A DNA stretch of 63,994 nt, the filler included, from Diploschistes diacapsis (taxonomy: Eukaryota): assembly GCA_023645945.1 (NCBI GenBank). It is 10 parts of 10 records of this genome, joined end to end, with 100 filler letters (N's around TTAATTAATTAA, not from the genome) between each part and the next. Parts side by side here need not be neighbours in the genome. Positions count along the whole stretch, not along the records: positions 21,054 to 47,573 come from JALAIB010000178.1; positions 47,674 to 51,759 come from JALAIB010001780.1; 8 more parts are not named here. One strand, given 5' to 3'. The position numbers and the translations under genes were made by a program. The notes under the pieces were generated by a model that was not told where the DNA came from, made no database searches, and saw nothing but the letters and a program-made list of their open reading frames with translations. Each line of letters begins with the position of its first letter. Position 1 is the first letter of the stretch. Shown in pieces: positions 36,856-48,754 of this stretch.

Positions 36856-38184
36856 TCAGCGCTTAGCCTTCTTTTTTCCTTTCTTTCCCAACTTCCTGGC
36901 CCGTCCCCCGGCACCCCCCGTTTCGCTGTCGCTCATAGCATTCATCTTGCCTTTCTTGTTCTCTTCTGAGACACTGGGGGCCGCAAGGTCGTCAGGTATT
37001 GCGGTTTCTTGGCAGCGGTCATGACATCCGAGTTCTTCATAGGGGCAACCCCATTCAAAAAAAAATTGCAGCTTGGCTTCCAACCTGCTTCTTTGGAGCT
37101 TTCTCCGAATCTTTGTTGTAGGTGTGTCATTGGAAAACTGTCTGTATGGGAGGCAATGCTGCATTTGTTTGCCAGAAACCGAGAAATGCGCCCCTTTGTT
37201 GTTCTATGTTGCTTCTCCAATGGTTGAGGCAGGGTATTTTGCAAGATTCACTAAACTGCCAGCTTTCTGAATCTGTCAAGCTTCAACAGTGCCTATCTTA
37301 GCTCTCAGATAGGAACTCAACTCCTTGCGATTGTTGACAAGTGTAACTACGCGCTGAGCCAAGACCGTGATGTTCTTCATATCTTCCTCCGCCACATCAG
37401 TACCTATACTCACTCTTGCCGCATCGATGATTGTTTGAGCAACATTGTCATCATGAGGAGTTCCACGAAACTAGGGAGCTTTCCTGATTTCCAATCGCTT
37501 ATAACGCGTGCACACTCTGCATACTCGTGGTTGCCGGGAATAATCTTCACAAGTTCGGGAAAGTGCCAGCCGTACCACTCCTTCACGCATAGCAAGCTGG
37601 TTGATGGATTTTCCTAAATGGCCGAGAGATGCGGTGGCTTGGATGACGTGGTTGTCGTGCCTGTGAGTAGCAAACTTGACGTTCCCCCTGGAATAGACAA
37701 GCCCCAAGCCTGGTTGTGCTCGTTCAATATCGCCCTCTTGCAGCTGCTTCAGGGGGCTTCGGCGCACACTGTCGCAGTCCACGCAGTAACTTCCCTACAA
37801 GCTACAAGCTCGTCTATGTCGCCAGTCCCGTATTCGTAGTTTGGGAAGAATGCTCGGAGGCTGCTGGCGAGGTTCTTGTCCGCAACGCCCAGCGTGATCT
37901 TGCTCCTCTATCCGGCCTCGGGCAGAGATAGCTCCACAAGGTTTCTGAGGAGAAGTCCCGTACAGGAACCCTCAGACACTTCCTCCACGTTCTCGAGCGC
38001 ATGACCGGCGTTTTGGAAAAGGCCCGAAACCCAATAAGCTCAACCATTTTTGTTAGATTCATTGGACTGCGCCCAAGCCTTCTTGCTCGATCTTCGGCAG
38101 ATTATCTACCGTGCTCGCCTGTATTTTGATCTTGAACATGAATGGCCCACGCTGGCCTCGGGGACGAAGATGGTCGGCAGGCAT
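36856..38184 (-). pseudogene. NOP56: NOP56 (box C/D snoRNP core protein) pseudogene
   Basis: Colinear fragments in shifting frames: KMVELIGF, HALENVEEVSEG, EGDIERAQPGLGLVYSRGNVKF...DNHVIQA, VKEWYGWHFPEL, AGSLVNLAKYPAST, GRISRFLANKCSIAS, Lys-rich tail. Stops and internal deletions present. Confidence 0.88.
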
Positions 38185-38671
38185 CGTGCGCTGCTAAATA
38201 TGTGAAAATCTCTAATATATGCTTTAACCATGGATAATAGCGGATAGTCGCGTGGACGGGCGCCGCTGTAAGGCTCAAGATGTATTCTGTATTCAGCTGA
38301 GCTCTATTAATTACTATTGATGTTAAGTAGCACATTATTTGGGCTCATGATAATAAGACACCCCGACTTCTCTGGAGGGATATCCCGATTGTGTCAATAC
38401 TATTATCAAAAATCTCGCTCACACGATAAACAATTATACCCGTTGTGCCGAGGTTCCCTTTACCGAGGACCTTGACGTTCTTCACGTACTTCAACCTACG
38501 AGCGGACTGCAGTCTTTATCTAACATCCAACAGCTATTATTATTACAATTGCTTTTTCTACGTTTGAAGCGACGAGATACTGCCCAGTAAGACGCGCACT
38601 GTGCGGACATGGAATTTGGAGCGCGGTCCATTGCCAATTGAGTAACCAAAGGGCGTACCAATCCAGCAACC

Positions 38672-39885
38672 ATGTCCGACAGCACAAAACCCCGCGAACA
38701 GCTGCAAGCTACCTCCGCTGCGCAGCAAGGCGACAACATCGCACATGCCCTTGCCGGCGCCGGAGGGGGGCTGCTATCTATGACCCTGACGTGAGTCCCC
38801 CTGCTGCTCGAGCCTCTCCTTCCCAGGCTAATTTACCGTGCTATATCGCAGATACCCCCTAATCACCCTCTCAACCCGCGCGCAAGTCGAGTCCAAGCGC
38901 GCACATACCTCAACTCTGGATGCAGTGCGCCACATAATCCAGCGTGAGGGTTTCTCGGGCCTCTATTCCGGCCTCGAGTCCGCGCTCTTCGGCATTAGCG
39001 TTACAAACTTTGTTTATTACTACTGTACAAACACCCTATTTCCCCCTTCCCTTCTCCTCCCTCCTTTCCCGCTCCCCTTTGCTCCCTAGCACCATTCGCA
39101 CAGCAAATCACCCACTCGCATGCCTCAACTAAACCCGGCCGTCTCCAGGGTACGAATGGACCCGCTCCTTCTTCGAGCGCGCCGCCCAGCGCACAGGCCG
39201 CGCCTCCAAAAAGCTCACCGCCCTCGAGTCCATGATCGCCGGCGCCATCGCCGGCTCCGCCACCGTCGTCGCCACAAACCCCATCTGGGTCGTCAACACG
39301 CGCATGACGGCCCGCCAATCCTCGACGTCTTCCCCACCTGACGAAGAAAGCCTCCCCGGCTCCAGCGCCCCGCGGAAAAGGAGCCCCTCCACCCTCGACA
39401 CCCTGCGCGCCCTGCTCCGGGACGAAGGCTTCGGCGCGCTCTTCGCGGGCGTGCTGCCGGCCCTGGTCCTCGTCATCAACCCGATCCTGCAGTACACCAT
39501 CTTCGAGCAGCTGAAGAACGCGCTGGAGCGGCGGCGCAAGACGACGTCGGTCGGCGCGCGCGACGCCTTCCTGCTCGGCGCGCTGGGCAAGCTGGCCGCG
39601 ACGGGCCTGACGTATCCGTACATCACGGTCAAGAGCCGGGCGCACGTTGCGAAGAAGGACGGGGGCGAGAAGGGACAGGAAGGGGGAGGAAGCGGAAGCG
39701 GAAAGGGGCTGCTGGAGGGCTTGAGGAAGGTGGTGAGGGAGGAAGGCTGGGGCGGGCTGTATGGAGGCGTGGGCCCGAAGCTGACGCAGAGCGTGCTGAC
39801 GGCCGCCTTTCTGTTCGCCTTCAAGGATGCGCTGTACGAGGCGAGCGTTAGGGCCAGGAGGCGGCGGGCAAAGGTGGCGGCTTGA
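38672..39885 (+). CDS. PMP47: Peroxisomal membrane carrier PMP47/SLC25A17 (mitochondrial carrier family), 2 introns
   Basis: GDNIAHALAGAGGGLLSMTLT/YPLITLSTRAQ, TNPIWVVNTRM, LVINPILQYTIFEQLK, TYPYITVKSR. Confidence 0.92.
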
Positions 39886-40393
39886 GGATGTGTTGTTGTG
39901 TGGGAAAGGGGGTTTGGATATGAGGGTTGTGCAAGGACATGAGACACGGGCGGGTATAGCTTGGAGCTTTGGTCATGAGCATCAACGGAATCGGGTGGCT
40001 TGATGTGAAACCACGGCTGGACAATGATATGCGAATGGATTGAGAAAAGGGACAAGGAGGGATTCTAAAAGGGAAAGTTAATGTACCGGTAGACACTCCT
40101 ATTTTGAGTTCATGTATATGTATATTCGAGTCTCGGGAATGCTCTGGGAATGTTCTAAGATGTGTGTGTGGTTGATTTCTTTCAGTCGAGATTTGATGCT
40201 CCATGAAGTTCTTTCATGGCTATGCCTACATGTCGCAAAGACGAGTTTGGGGTTCACCCCTGTTCCCATTCCTATGCCTCGACGCATCCGCAATCTCGCA
40301 GCTACTGCGCCGCCAAATCCCATTCCCCATCCCACCCCATCGTGCAGCCGGAACAAGAACGCCATACCACCCCCGCTGCGCCCAGCAAACACC

Positions 40394-41869
40394 TCAACCC
40401 GCCCTCTTAGTCCCCTTCCCTTGACTCGCCATCTGCCTCGCCTTGATCCTCCGGAACGCATCATCCCCGCTCGCGCCCTGCGGCCTCGCAAACTGGCCCG
40501 CGCTCACAACAACATTACTCCTCGGCACGATCGTGTAGCTCTTGACCGCCGTGTCGACCCTCGCCCTGTTCGTCCTCTGCGGCGGCGCCAGCTCCCTAGC
40601 CCGGCGCTCCTCGGCCGTCGCCTGCTGCGTCGAGACCGCGTCGCGGCCCCTGGCACCGCCGCCGCCTGCGCGGGCGGGCAGGCGCGTCGGATCGTAGTCT
40701 CGCGTCTCGAGCAGGCGGTTGCGGTAGTTGTCGCTGCGCTTGAGGATTGGGCGGGTCCATTCGGCGAGCATGCGCTCGGCCTGGCGCTTGATGCCCAGCT
40801 CGAGCTTCTTGCTCTTCGTGTAGAACAGGATTACTTTGCCAAGGCCGCTGGAGATTAGGGAGTCCTTGCTGATGGGCAGGCGGCTGAGGGCAGAGAAGAG
40901 GTCGCGCTGTATGTTGTATGCTGGTAGAGAGCCGTCGCCAAGGGGTTCGAGAAAGAAGCGAACGGCTTGGAGGAGATTTGTTTCTGGGTCGACGATGGCG
41001 TTCTCCATGTCGCGTCCGTTGCGGTTAAGGAAGGCGGTTACTTCAGGGAGGAGCTTGAGTTTGTGCATGGCTGGGCGGGGAGGGTCGGAAGTGCGGGCGT
41101 CATTATCTTTTTCGGCGGCTTTGGACATGCGGTCGCGAAGGTCGGCGATCTCTTCGTCTACGGCCGTACTAACATCCTGATACTATTAGTAAGGGCTAAG
41201 ATGCGTGCTTGGCCAGACTCACAATGCCATCTGCACGCCGGCGACGCCTGCTGCGGTTGGGGTTCTTGAGGGCTGCGTCCATTGCTTTGTCTAGGGCACG
41301 TCGACGGCCTAAAACTGATCAGTACCTGTATATCGTAGTTCAAGCTACGAGCGCGTACGTGTCTCCGGGTCGAGCTCTTCTTCTGGTGTTTCTTGCCGTC
41401 TGGGTTTCCTCCTCTCAGCAGGAGCTGCGCCATCCTCCACAGCCTTTCTTCTGCGTGACGACCGTTTGCCATCGATCTCCTCACCTCCGCTGAAAGCATC
41501 GTCATCATCCTGCCTCTTCCTCTTCTTGGGCTTCTCCCTGCGGCCCTCCTTCTTTTTCTTCTTGACCTCTGCACCGTCTTCGCGGTTTCTCTTGTGGCGG
41601 CCTATCAAGCCCACATTATCCTCATCTACAGCTATGGCGGGCCGATCTTCAATAGCAATGTTTGCGGGATCAAAGTCTTCAAATTGCGCTTCATCGATAT
41701 CCGAGAGGACGGAGTCATTGTCAGAGAGATCGGGCTGGTCCATGTCTTGAGTTGGGTTAGCCACAGGGGGTATCGGTGAGTCTCGAAGCTGGTCAGTCGG
41801 TGCATTAGGATCTCCAGGGTCGTGGCCTTGCTCTGGCAGACTGTCCGGCAACGACTCAGGTGAGGACAT
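40394..41869 (-). CDS. IWS1: Transcription elongation factor IWS1/Spn1, 2 introns
   Basis: Acidic N-terminus; PAMHKLKLLPEV, FFLEPLGDGSLPAYNIQRDLF, SSGLGKVILFY, EWTRPILKRSDNY. Confidence 0.94.
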
Positions 41870-42536
41870 GGTTTCAACGACTCGGACTTGGAGACTGATC
41901 TCTAGCAAGTATACTTTGTCGCCCTGGTTCGAGAGGAATGAGTCCAAGTGATAGATGCTAACCGAGATACGGCAGTTCAGGTTCGGGCTCAAGGCGTGTG
42001 AATAATTTTCAGTAATCGAGGAGGTTACAAGTTACAAGGATGATAAAACTTTGGGCGGCCGAAAACGGATTAGCGCCAAGCCTCCGGCAACTTATTATAG
42101 AGACTTTACCACCAGCTTTCAAGGTGGCCATTCGAAGATCAGTTGTAATTCGGCATACTGTATGTGCCAGGTGAAGACAACAAAACACTACCCCTTCCCT
42201 TTCAATTTTGAATCATGTCTGCTGTGTCTGTGTTAAAAGCCTTCCTTCGCAAACCTCTATGTCACATACCGAGAATACAGCTTGTTTTTATGATTTTCTG
42301 CTAGCAAGTCTTGAGTTACATGGTTCACGGGAATATCGCATTGCGAACTAAGCATAAATTAAAAGAGTGTGATAATGACTTCGACTCTGGCCTATATACG
42401 CACCGACAACTCCTCCATAATACATGCCAACAACGATGGTGATAAAACCCAGACTTCCCCCCCGTTTCCACTACTTTCGCCTCCCCCAACCATCTACAGT
42501 ACCAGCTCATCCTAGAAGAAGCCACCCCACCGTCCT

Positions 42537-42824
42537 TCAAGGGACACGCATATGTATGTTGTTTTTGCAAAAACCGCAACCTCTGGCCTTACATTCTGCA
42601 TCAGCAAGGCAAGGCTAAGTGGAGCATTCCTTAGCGGACAGCTTTCTTTGCCGCTCTTTTCCGCTCCCAACGAGGGTTGCTGCCTTTGACGCTGTGTAAG
42701 ACTTTATTGAGGTTGATGTTACGGGGATCGAGTTCGAAGCCGGGTTCATAGAAGTCCTGGAGGGCGGCGGCGCGGAGTGCGACGGCCAGGGTAACGAGAA
42801 GGGCGAGCTCCAATGTGATATCAT
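42537..42824 (-). pseudogene. Broken secreted Cys-rich peptide precursor
   Basis: ATG at 42824. Signal-like ELALLVTLAVALRAAA and pro-like QDFYEPGFELDPR lie in a shifted frame. Back in the ATG frame: RKLSAKECST*PCLADAECKARGCGFCKNNIHMRVP*. TATA-like ATATAGAA about 150 nt upstream. Confidence 0.6.
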
Positions 42825-44177
42825 GTTCGATTCGACGGAATTGTGACGAGCCCGAATGAGCGAGTGAGTGGGTAAATGGAGAGGGCTCAGAGGAGAAGGG
42901 TAATTGTTTTGGATCGCCTGAAAGATCAAGGTGAAGTTGATGAAGTGTGTGTGCAGGAGGATGTGGGCGGATCTTCTATATTGGAGTGACTTGCCAACCT
43001 ACTAACTAGTATGCTGAACCATGGCCCTCGATCTCCGCCACCTGAACTAACAATTCTCAGGCCATTTAGCGAGAAGGACTCGTTCCAGGAAAGAAGTACA
43101 TACTGGTGGCACAGGTTTGGTACTTACATTGCCTGATTGTTATGTCGAGTATGGAAAATTTGGCAAAGCCATAAGGGGAACGACGCCACGATCGCTTCTA
43201 CCACGAACAACCCTCCCCTACAAGGGGTTCATTACCTACTAGGTAGTACAGCTACCTTGTCCGACGGGATACTGCAATCGCTCCCAATGCAAGGGATTAT
43301 AACGAATAGTGCAGGATTCGTTCGGGCTTTCTCCAAGGTCCATTCGGCGGTGAAAAGGCTGGAGGTTCAATTGTTAGGGACGTTGGGACACTAGTGTATA
43401 TAGTTTTGAAAGTTGATTGAAACCAAGTTTCATATCATAACTTATATCAGGTTCCCTTCCGAACAAAGCATAGCGCTTATCCTATCTGCATTTCACGGAC
43501 AGCGACAAGAGCAAGCTCTATGGTTCATTTCTGGGGAAATAAGTTTGTATCGTGATATCAGATTTGCTAAAGCCCCCCGGCCGGGCACTGCGTACGCTCA
43601 ATTGAATTCAGATGGACTGATGGTAAGTTAGCTTTCAGAATCCGTAAGCTAGGCGGTGTTGTGTTATAGGTAGCCCGTTAGTAGAACCGTGCCCATGCCC
43701 CGGTTTCTTTACCACTTACACGTAAACCCTGATGCTGTATAAATATTGGTTTTCGAGGAAAAAGAACGGAATCTTGGGAATATTAGATTTTATACCCGAG
43801 GTATCTAGCAGCCGGGCTCATAACGCTTCAAGCCTCACCCAGACTTTTATTCAAACCGTCATAGTACTGAAGCTAAAAGGGCAGTAGTCTTTAGTAAAGT
43901 CGCCTGGTCAGCTTGTATTTTAGCAGCTGCTATTCCCATGTGCTGAAGTCTGCTGGTCTGCCAAATGTGCCCTGGAGTCAGTGGCTACAATTCTCATGTA
44001 CAGCATTCCATGCTCTCCAGCCAGACTGCAATATCTGTTGTGTACGTTCTCTCCCAGATTTGGATTCTAGATTCTGCAGTGTTGGATATTAAAACCTCTT
44101 GTCCAAGGTACGTAAGAACAAAACACTCCACTACACACCAATGCAAATGCAGCGCTTCCCGGACGCCAACGCTATGT

Positions 44178-46483
44178 TCAGATTCGGTTCCCCAGTAGTC
44201 CTTCTCTGTCCTCTGACTCATCACCACCGTCTCCCAAAAGCCAGCCAGCTTCTCTGCAGTACTTCACATCTCCGTTGCGAACCTCACTTGCCCAGCAAAC
44301 GACCACGGCATCGACTATGCCAGTCAGAACGCCTTCCATAGCACCAAGTACACCCCATCCTATAGCGCCGGCTATCAAACCGACGATGTAAGCATAAAGA
44401 CTGCCCCGTATGCCCGACGTAGAGTCATTAATCGTAATCGACCTTGCTGCGGTAATCCAAGTTCCGAACCCAAAAGCAAAGGACGCTATGAGTCTTGTGG
44501 CATGTAGGAGAAGGAAAGCGATGTTGTAGGCTGGAAGTGAAGAAGTCTTCGAGCCAGCAGATCGGCGTGAACGGAATCTATTGTCCGTGGCCGGATTTGA
44601 GGAAGTCATGAAAGAGAGCTGCGAAACGGCCCGTGCTGAAGACTGCAAAGGTTGTGAATGGATCGCCGCGTAAGTCAGTGTCGTAGGATGCGTCAGGATG
44701 AGTACCGAATTGGGAAGAAGGGTGTAGGAACATAATCCGACAAGTGCCACAAACTGCTTTGGAAGTATTAAGACCGGGAGTCTAGCCAGGAGCGCCAGCA
44801 GCGTAGAGAGACAAATTGTACCAAATAAAGTGGTAAATGAGTGAGTAAGCGCCGCTAATACTACTTGCCGCGAGGTTGGTGCAGGCTCCGCTAGTCGATG
44901 AAAATACCACTGGCTGACTGTCGCAGCTGTTGTAGACCGCTGAATCCCTGATTCGACTCCCAGAGTCCAGAGGTACATGAAGATGAAGAAGACTCCGAGC
45001 CACCAAGTCCCAACGTCGATCACGAACAACTTACCCGTTAGATGGCCGCCAAGGAAGACGCGGGTGAACATGCCCATCCACAACCAGGTCCATAGGACGA
45101 TGCTCGCCAGAGTTCCAAACCCCAACATCATAAGAGCAGGGTTGGCCACTAGAATCTTGCAGGCAAATTCGAGAATGCCAATAGCTTTGCCGAAGGAGCG
45201 GCGACCTTTCCACACTCCATAGACCCAGCCTGCTGCTAGGAGAGCTGGGATTGGGGAAAGCCACCTCATGGCCTGATCTTGAACGCTCGATCCTTGGACC
45301 TTGCCTTGAAAACTCGCGACGAAAGGATAGATCGAAAAGGAGAAAAGAATGGCCGGGACAGCAATGAGCATTGTGAATACCAATTGCCTCACGTACGAGC
45401 GGAGCACGGCCAGCCATAGGAGAGAGAGTATAACAGCGACAATTGTGTCAACCGCTAGAAGATAGAATGACGAGTGCAAAGTATTGTATACAGTGTCACC
45501 AAGCGGATTCTTCGGTTTTGAGGTATGAAGCCATACCAGCAGGAAGCTTGCAAAGAACGAAACGAGACATATCAAATATAGATTTCCCCAAAACAGATCG
45601 TGCTTTGGTGGATCGCTCGCAGGCCCTATCGTTGGAGGTATAGAGGATGTGTCAGAGTCTGGAGCTGGAGGAACGCGAGGCGTGTTGTTCGTTTCTGGTC
45701 GGGGCAACGGGGAGAAAGGATCTTGAGGAGGCTTGTGATATTGATGTACCCTTGGTCCGTTGTCTTCTTCTGGCATATTAATAGCGACACCCCCTAAAAG
45801 ATCGTCTGGATCGAGCTCGCTCCTGAGGGTGCTCTGGAGTTCGATGTTATGCATTTGGCTTTCCGCAGTTGATTCGCGCAATGGGGCTTCTGGATCGTTT
45901 TCGCCAGTCTCTCTCACAGATTCCACGGGCTTTCGTTCCCTGTTTATCCTCCTTTCTCCGGTCCAAGAGCTTCGGATGCCTCCTATAAATCGCGACGTAG
46001 GTTCTTTCACTTCCCTACCGTTCCCACTCTGCTCCAAGCCCGAGCCTCTGCTAGCATCATCTTCGACCTCTGAGGACTCTTCCAACTTCGTCTGAGGCAC
46101 AAACTGCCGCCGAGATCTTTGTAGAGCATAGAAGTCTGCCACTTCACGCTCATGCTCTGCTTCGTCATCCTCTTCCCTGAAGTCGTCGGTAGCGCTATAG
46201 AATAATGGTGCTTGAGTGTTTGCTCGTGAAGCAAAAGGGAATTGAGAGAAGGTGAAATTTTGGCCTGACTGCCTGGGGAAAAACCTAGAGTTAAGTCTCG
46301 AGGGATTCTGGTCGTAACGCCTTGCTCGCTCCAGAGGGTTCCGAGGTGTTTCGTCAGGCTGCCTGAATGACATTCGTGACTGGGACTGGGCCAAGAACCG
46401 AGACGCATCTGTCACTTATGTTAGACATATCAAAACGGAAACAATGGATGTAAGCTTGTTGCCGACTCACATTCAGAGAACAT
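44178..46483 (-). CDS. Choline transporter-like (CTL/SLC44/PNS1 family) membrane protein
   Basis: MFSE micro-exon plus a 745-aa ORF; HDLFWGNLYL, about ten TM helices, SGIQRSTTAATVSQWYF, LTYAAIHS. Confidence 0.88.
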
Positions 46484-47252
46484 GGCCGGCCGTGGCAGTC
46501 CGGACTGCCTCTATCTTATTACAAAACGGACTTTGGCCGTGATAACTGCTGTAGCCGCCTACAAAGAGTATATTACCAGTCGCGACTCCTTGATCGTTTC
46601 AAGAAATATCATCAATAGGAGAGTTCGGCGTAGTGAAGCAGTGCTAAAGAGAAGAGATCACAGGATACTATGTGAGAATGATGTGTATCTAGTGCAGGTA
46701 GTATTGGATGATGCGTGACTAGAGCACGAAGCTCTCCAGTCTATCTCTGTGACTCGATTCCTCAGCGTAAGGCGGGAATTCCTCCGATGCTTAAGTCCGG
46801 GTTAGTCATCGGTCTTCTTTGAATTTCCACCTGCAGGCACTACCAACTTAACTGACGATCATCAATTACAAGTCTGGTGACTACCATGTTGATTCTCTTT
46901 GCACCAGACACATTTCCTTTGCTGTCTAGAGATACCCAAATACCGTTGCACTCTTGAGTAACTATGGTCATGCCCTTGAAAGACCTTTTCCTCGCCGAAA
47001 TAGAGGCTTAGCAATCCAGCCAATCAGGATAGTGCCGGAATTAGTTGCCCTTGACATCACCGTAGAGCTGTTATGCTCGCGATGCTTTATTTACCTATCA
47101 CTTCCTAATGACATACATACTCTTTTGATATATAGCAGCACTCAAAGTCTAACTTAGAAGCATGCTCTCATAAAGCCGCTGCCTCATAAAGAGAAGCCCG
47201 CACAGCAGCATCGCCTGAACCTCTTCTCCAGCACCGTTCTCACACATCCCTC

Positions 47253-47573
47253 ATGTCCGGCCCCCCATGGGATTACATCGCAAAGCTCGTCTGCATCGGC
47301 GATAGCGGCACAGGCAAATCCAGCGTCCGTCCTGCCCTTCCCCTACTTTAAGCTCTCTTCCTTCTCACCGCAACCACCCAAAGCTAACCGCCCCCCAGCT
47401 GACGGTCCGCCTCTGCGAGAACCGCTTCGTCAACTCGCACGACGTAACCATCGGCGTCGAATTCGGCTCTCGTATCGTCCCCGTCGGCCCCCCCGCCTCC
47501 CTCGCCCTAAAGATCAACAACCCTACTCCCTCCGCCGTATCCCAACCCTCCGAAAGCAACACCACCCCAATCC
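47253..47573 (+). CDS. RAB2: Rab2-like small GTPase, 3'-truncated
   Basis: MSGPPWDYIAKLVCIGDSGTGKSS / LTVRLCENRFVNSHDVTIGVEFGSRIV (P-loop and switch I), one intron. Confidence 0.85.
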
Positions 47574-47673
47574 NNNNNNNNNNNNNNNNNNNNNNNNNNN
47601 NNNNNNNNNNNNNNNNNTTAATTAATTAANNNNNNNNNNNNNNNNNNNNNNNNNNNNNNNNNNNNNNNNNNNN

Positions 47674-48564
47674 ATTTAAAATGTTTTAAAAATAGCTTAA
47701 AAACGTGTTCTTAAATTTTTCATAATTTTTTTATACTGTATTTCTTTTCCGTTCATTTTATTCCCTTTCGTTTTTTCTTTATTTCCGCGTTCGATTGTAA
47801 ATAACGTTATTCGCTCGATTATTACTCCGCTTACGTCTTTACGGACCACGATAAGTTATTTTCTTTTTCTTTACAGTACTAGGCCAAAAGTAGTTAGGTA
47901 CATCATAAGCGGCAGTAAAGAGATGACTGTCTCTTTACTGCCGCTTATGGTGTACCTAACTACTTTTGGCACCTGACTGTATGTCGATATTACGCGTAAT
48001 CCATCGCCGTTTCGTCAATAATGATAAAGATATCACGTGATATTTTTAAACGTCCGATTAAACGTCCAGAAATTATTTACATAAAATCAAAACGCGTTAT
48101 AATCATCCGAAACATGTCCGCGACAATTGAAAAACGCGCCTTCCACGCCGAGAAATCGGTAAAGAAACTACAAAGCATTCCCGCAGCAGGCAGCGACGGC
48201 AAGGGTATCCGGGTCCGCGTAGGCTCGACGAGAGCGGCGGAAACAGGCGAGCCAGGGAACGGCGAGGCAGCAGGCGTCGGGGCGGGCGAGGGGATAACAC
48301 TACGACCCAAAGCGGCGGAAAGGGCGTCGCGGCGGCGGCAGAAAAGACCGTGGGGCGCGCAGGGCGAGCAAATAACGAGGCCTCCATCGCATCTAAAAAA
48401 AATTTAGAATGTTAAGATTAAAAATAATAAAAAAAGGATATAATCGATGCGTTAAATAAACAAATATGATTAAAAAAAGGGCTAGTTTTATAAATACTTA
48501 TAACTTAAGAACCATGGTACTTATCATGTAATTTTTGTGTACAGTAGGTAAAATAAGACCTGCC
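47674..48564 (-). mobile_element. RIP-degraded repeat element, class uncertain; terminus at 48564 shared with 55807-55945
   Basis: Reverse complement GGCAGGTCTTATTTTACCTACTGTACACAAAAATTACATGATAAGTACCATGGTTCT matches GGCAAGTGCTATTCTGCCTACTGTACACATAAATTACAAGATGAGTACCATGGTTCT at 55807. Confidence 0.7.
47874..47979. mobile_element. 106-bp palindromic Tc1/mariner-type MITE with TA target duplication
   Basis: TA|CAGT...GCCAAAAGTAGTTAGGTACA...TGTACCTAACTACTTTTGGC...ACTG|TA; two ~50-bp arms with almost no spacer. Confidence 0.88.
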
Positions 48565-48754
48565 AACACCCGCCGCCGCGCAACAGGCCACACGCCAGCT
48601 GCCTCCTACGAATTCCGGATTAACAGAACAGCACCTCTGAATATCCTTTCTTAACGCTGGATAGGCACTCTAGCTTAAGACTTTTGACTTTCTATGACAA
48701 ACAAAGTCATATATACCAACTTCTTGCTGCTCTATTCTCAGTAAGCTAGCCGCC

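Noticed and set aside
43700..43905. Telomerase-RNA-like signals (TAAACCCTGA; CGGTTT/AAACCG and GACTTT/AAAGTC pseudoknot-like pairs)
   Set aside because: No TAACCCTAA-type template, the candidate template falls inside the supposed pseudoknot loop, and the 6-bp matches are expected by chance. An Rfam or covariance search would settle it.
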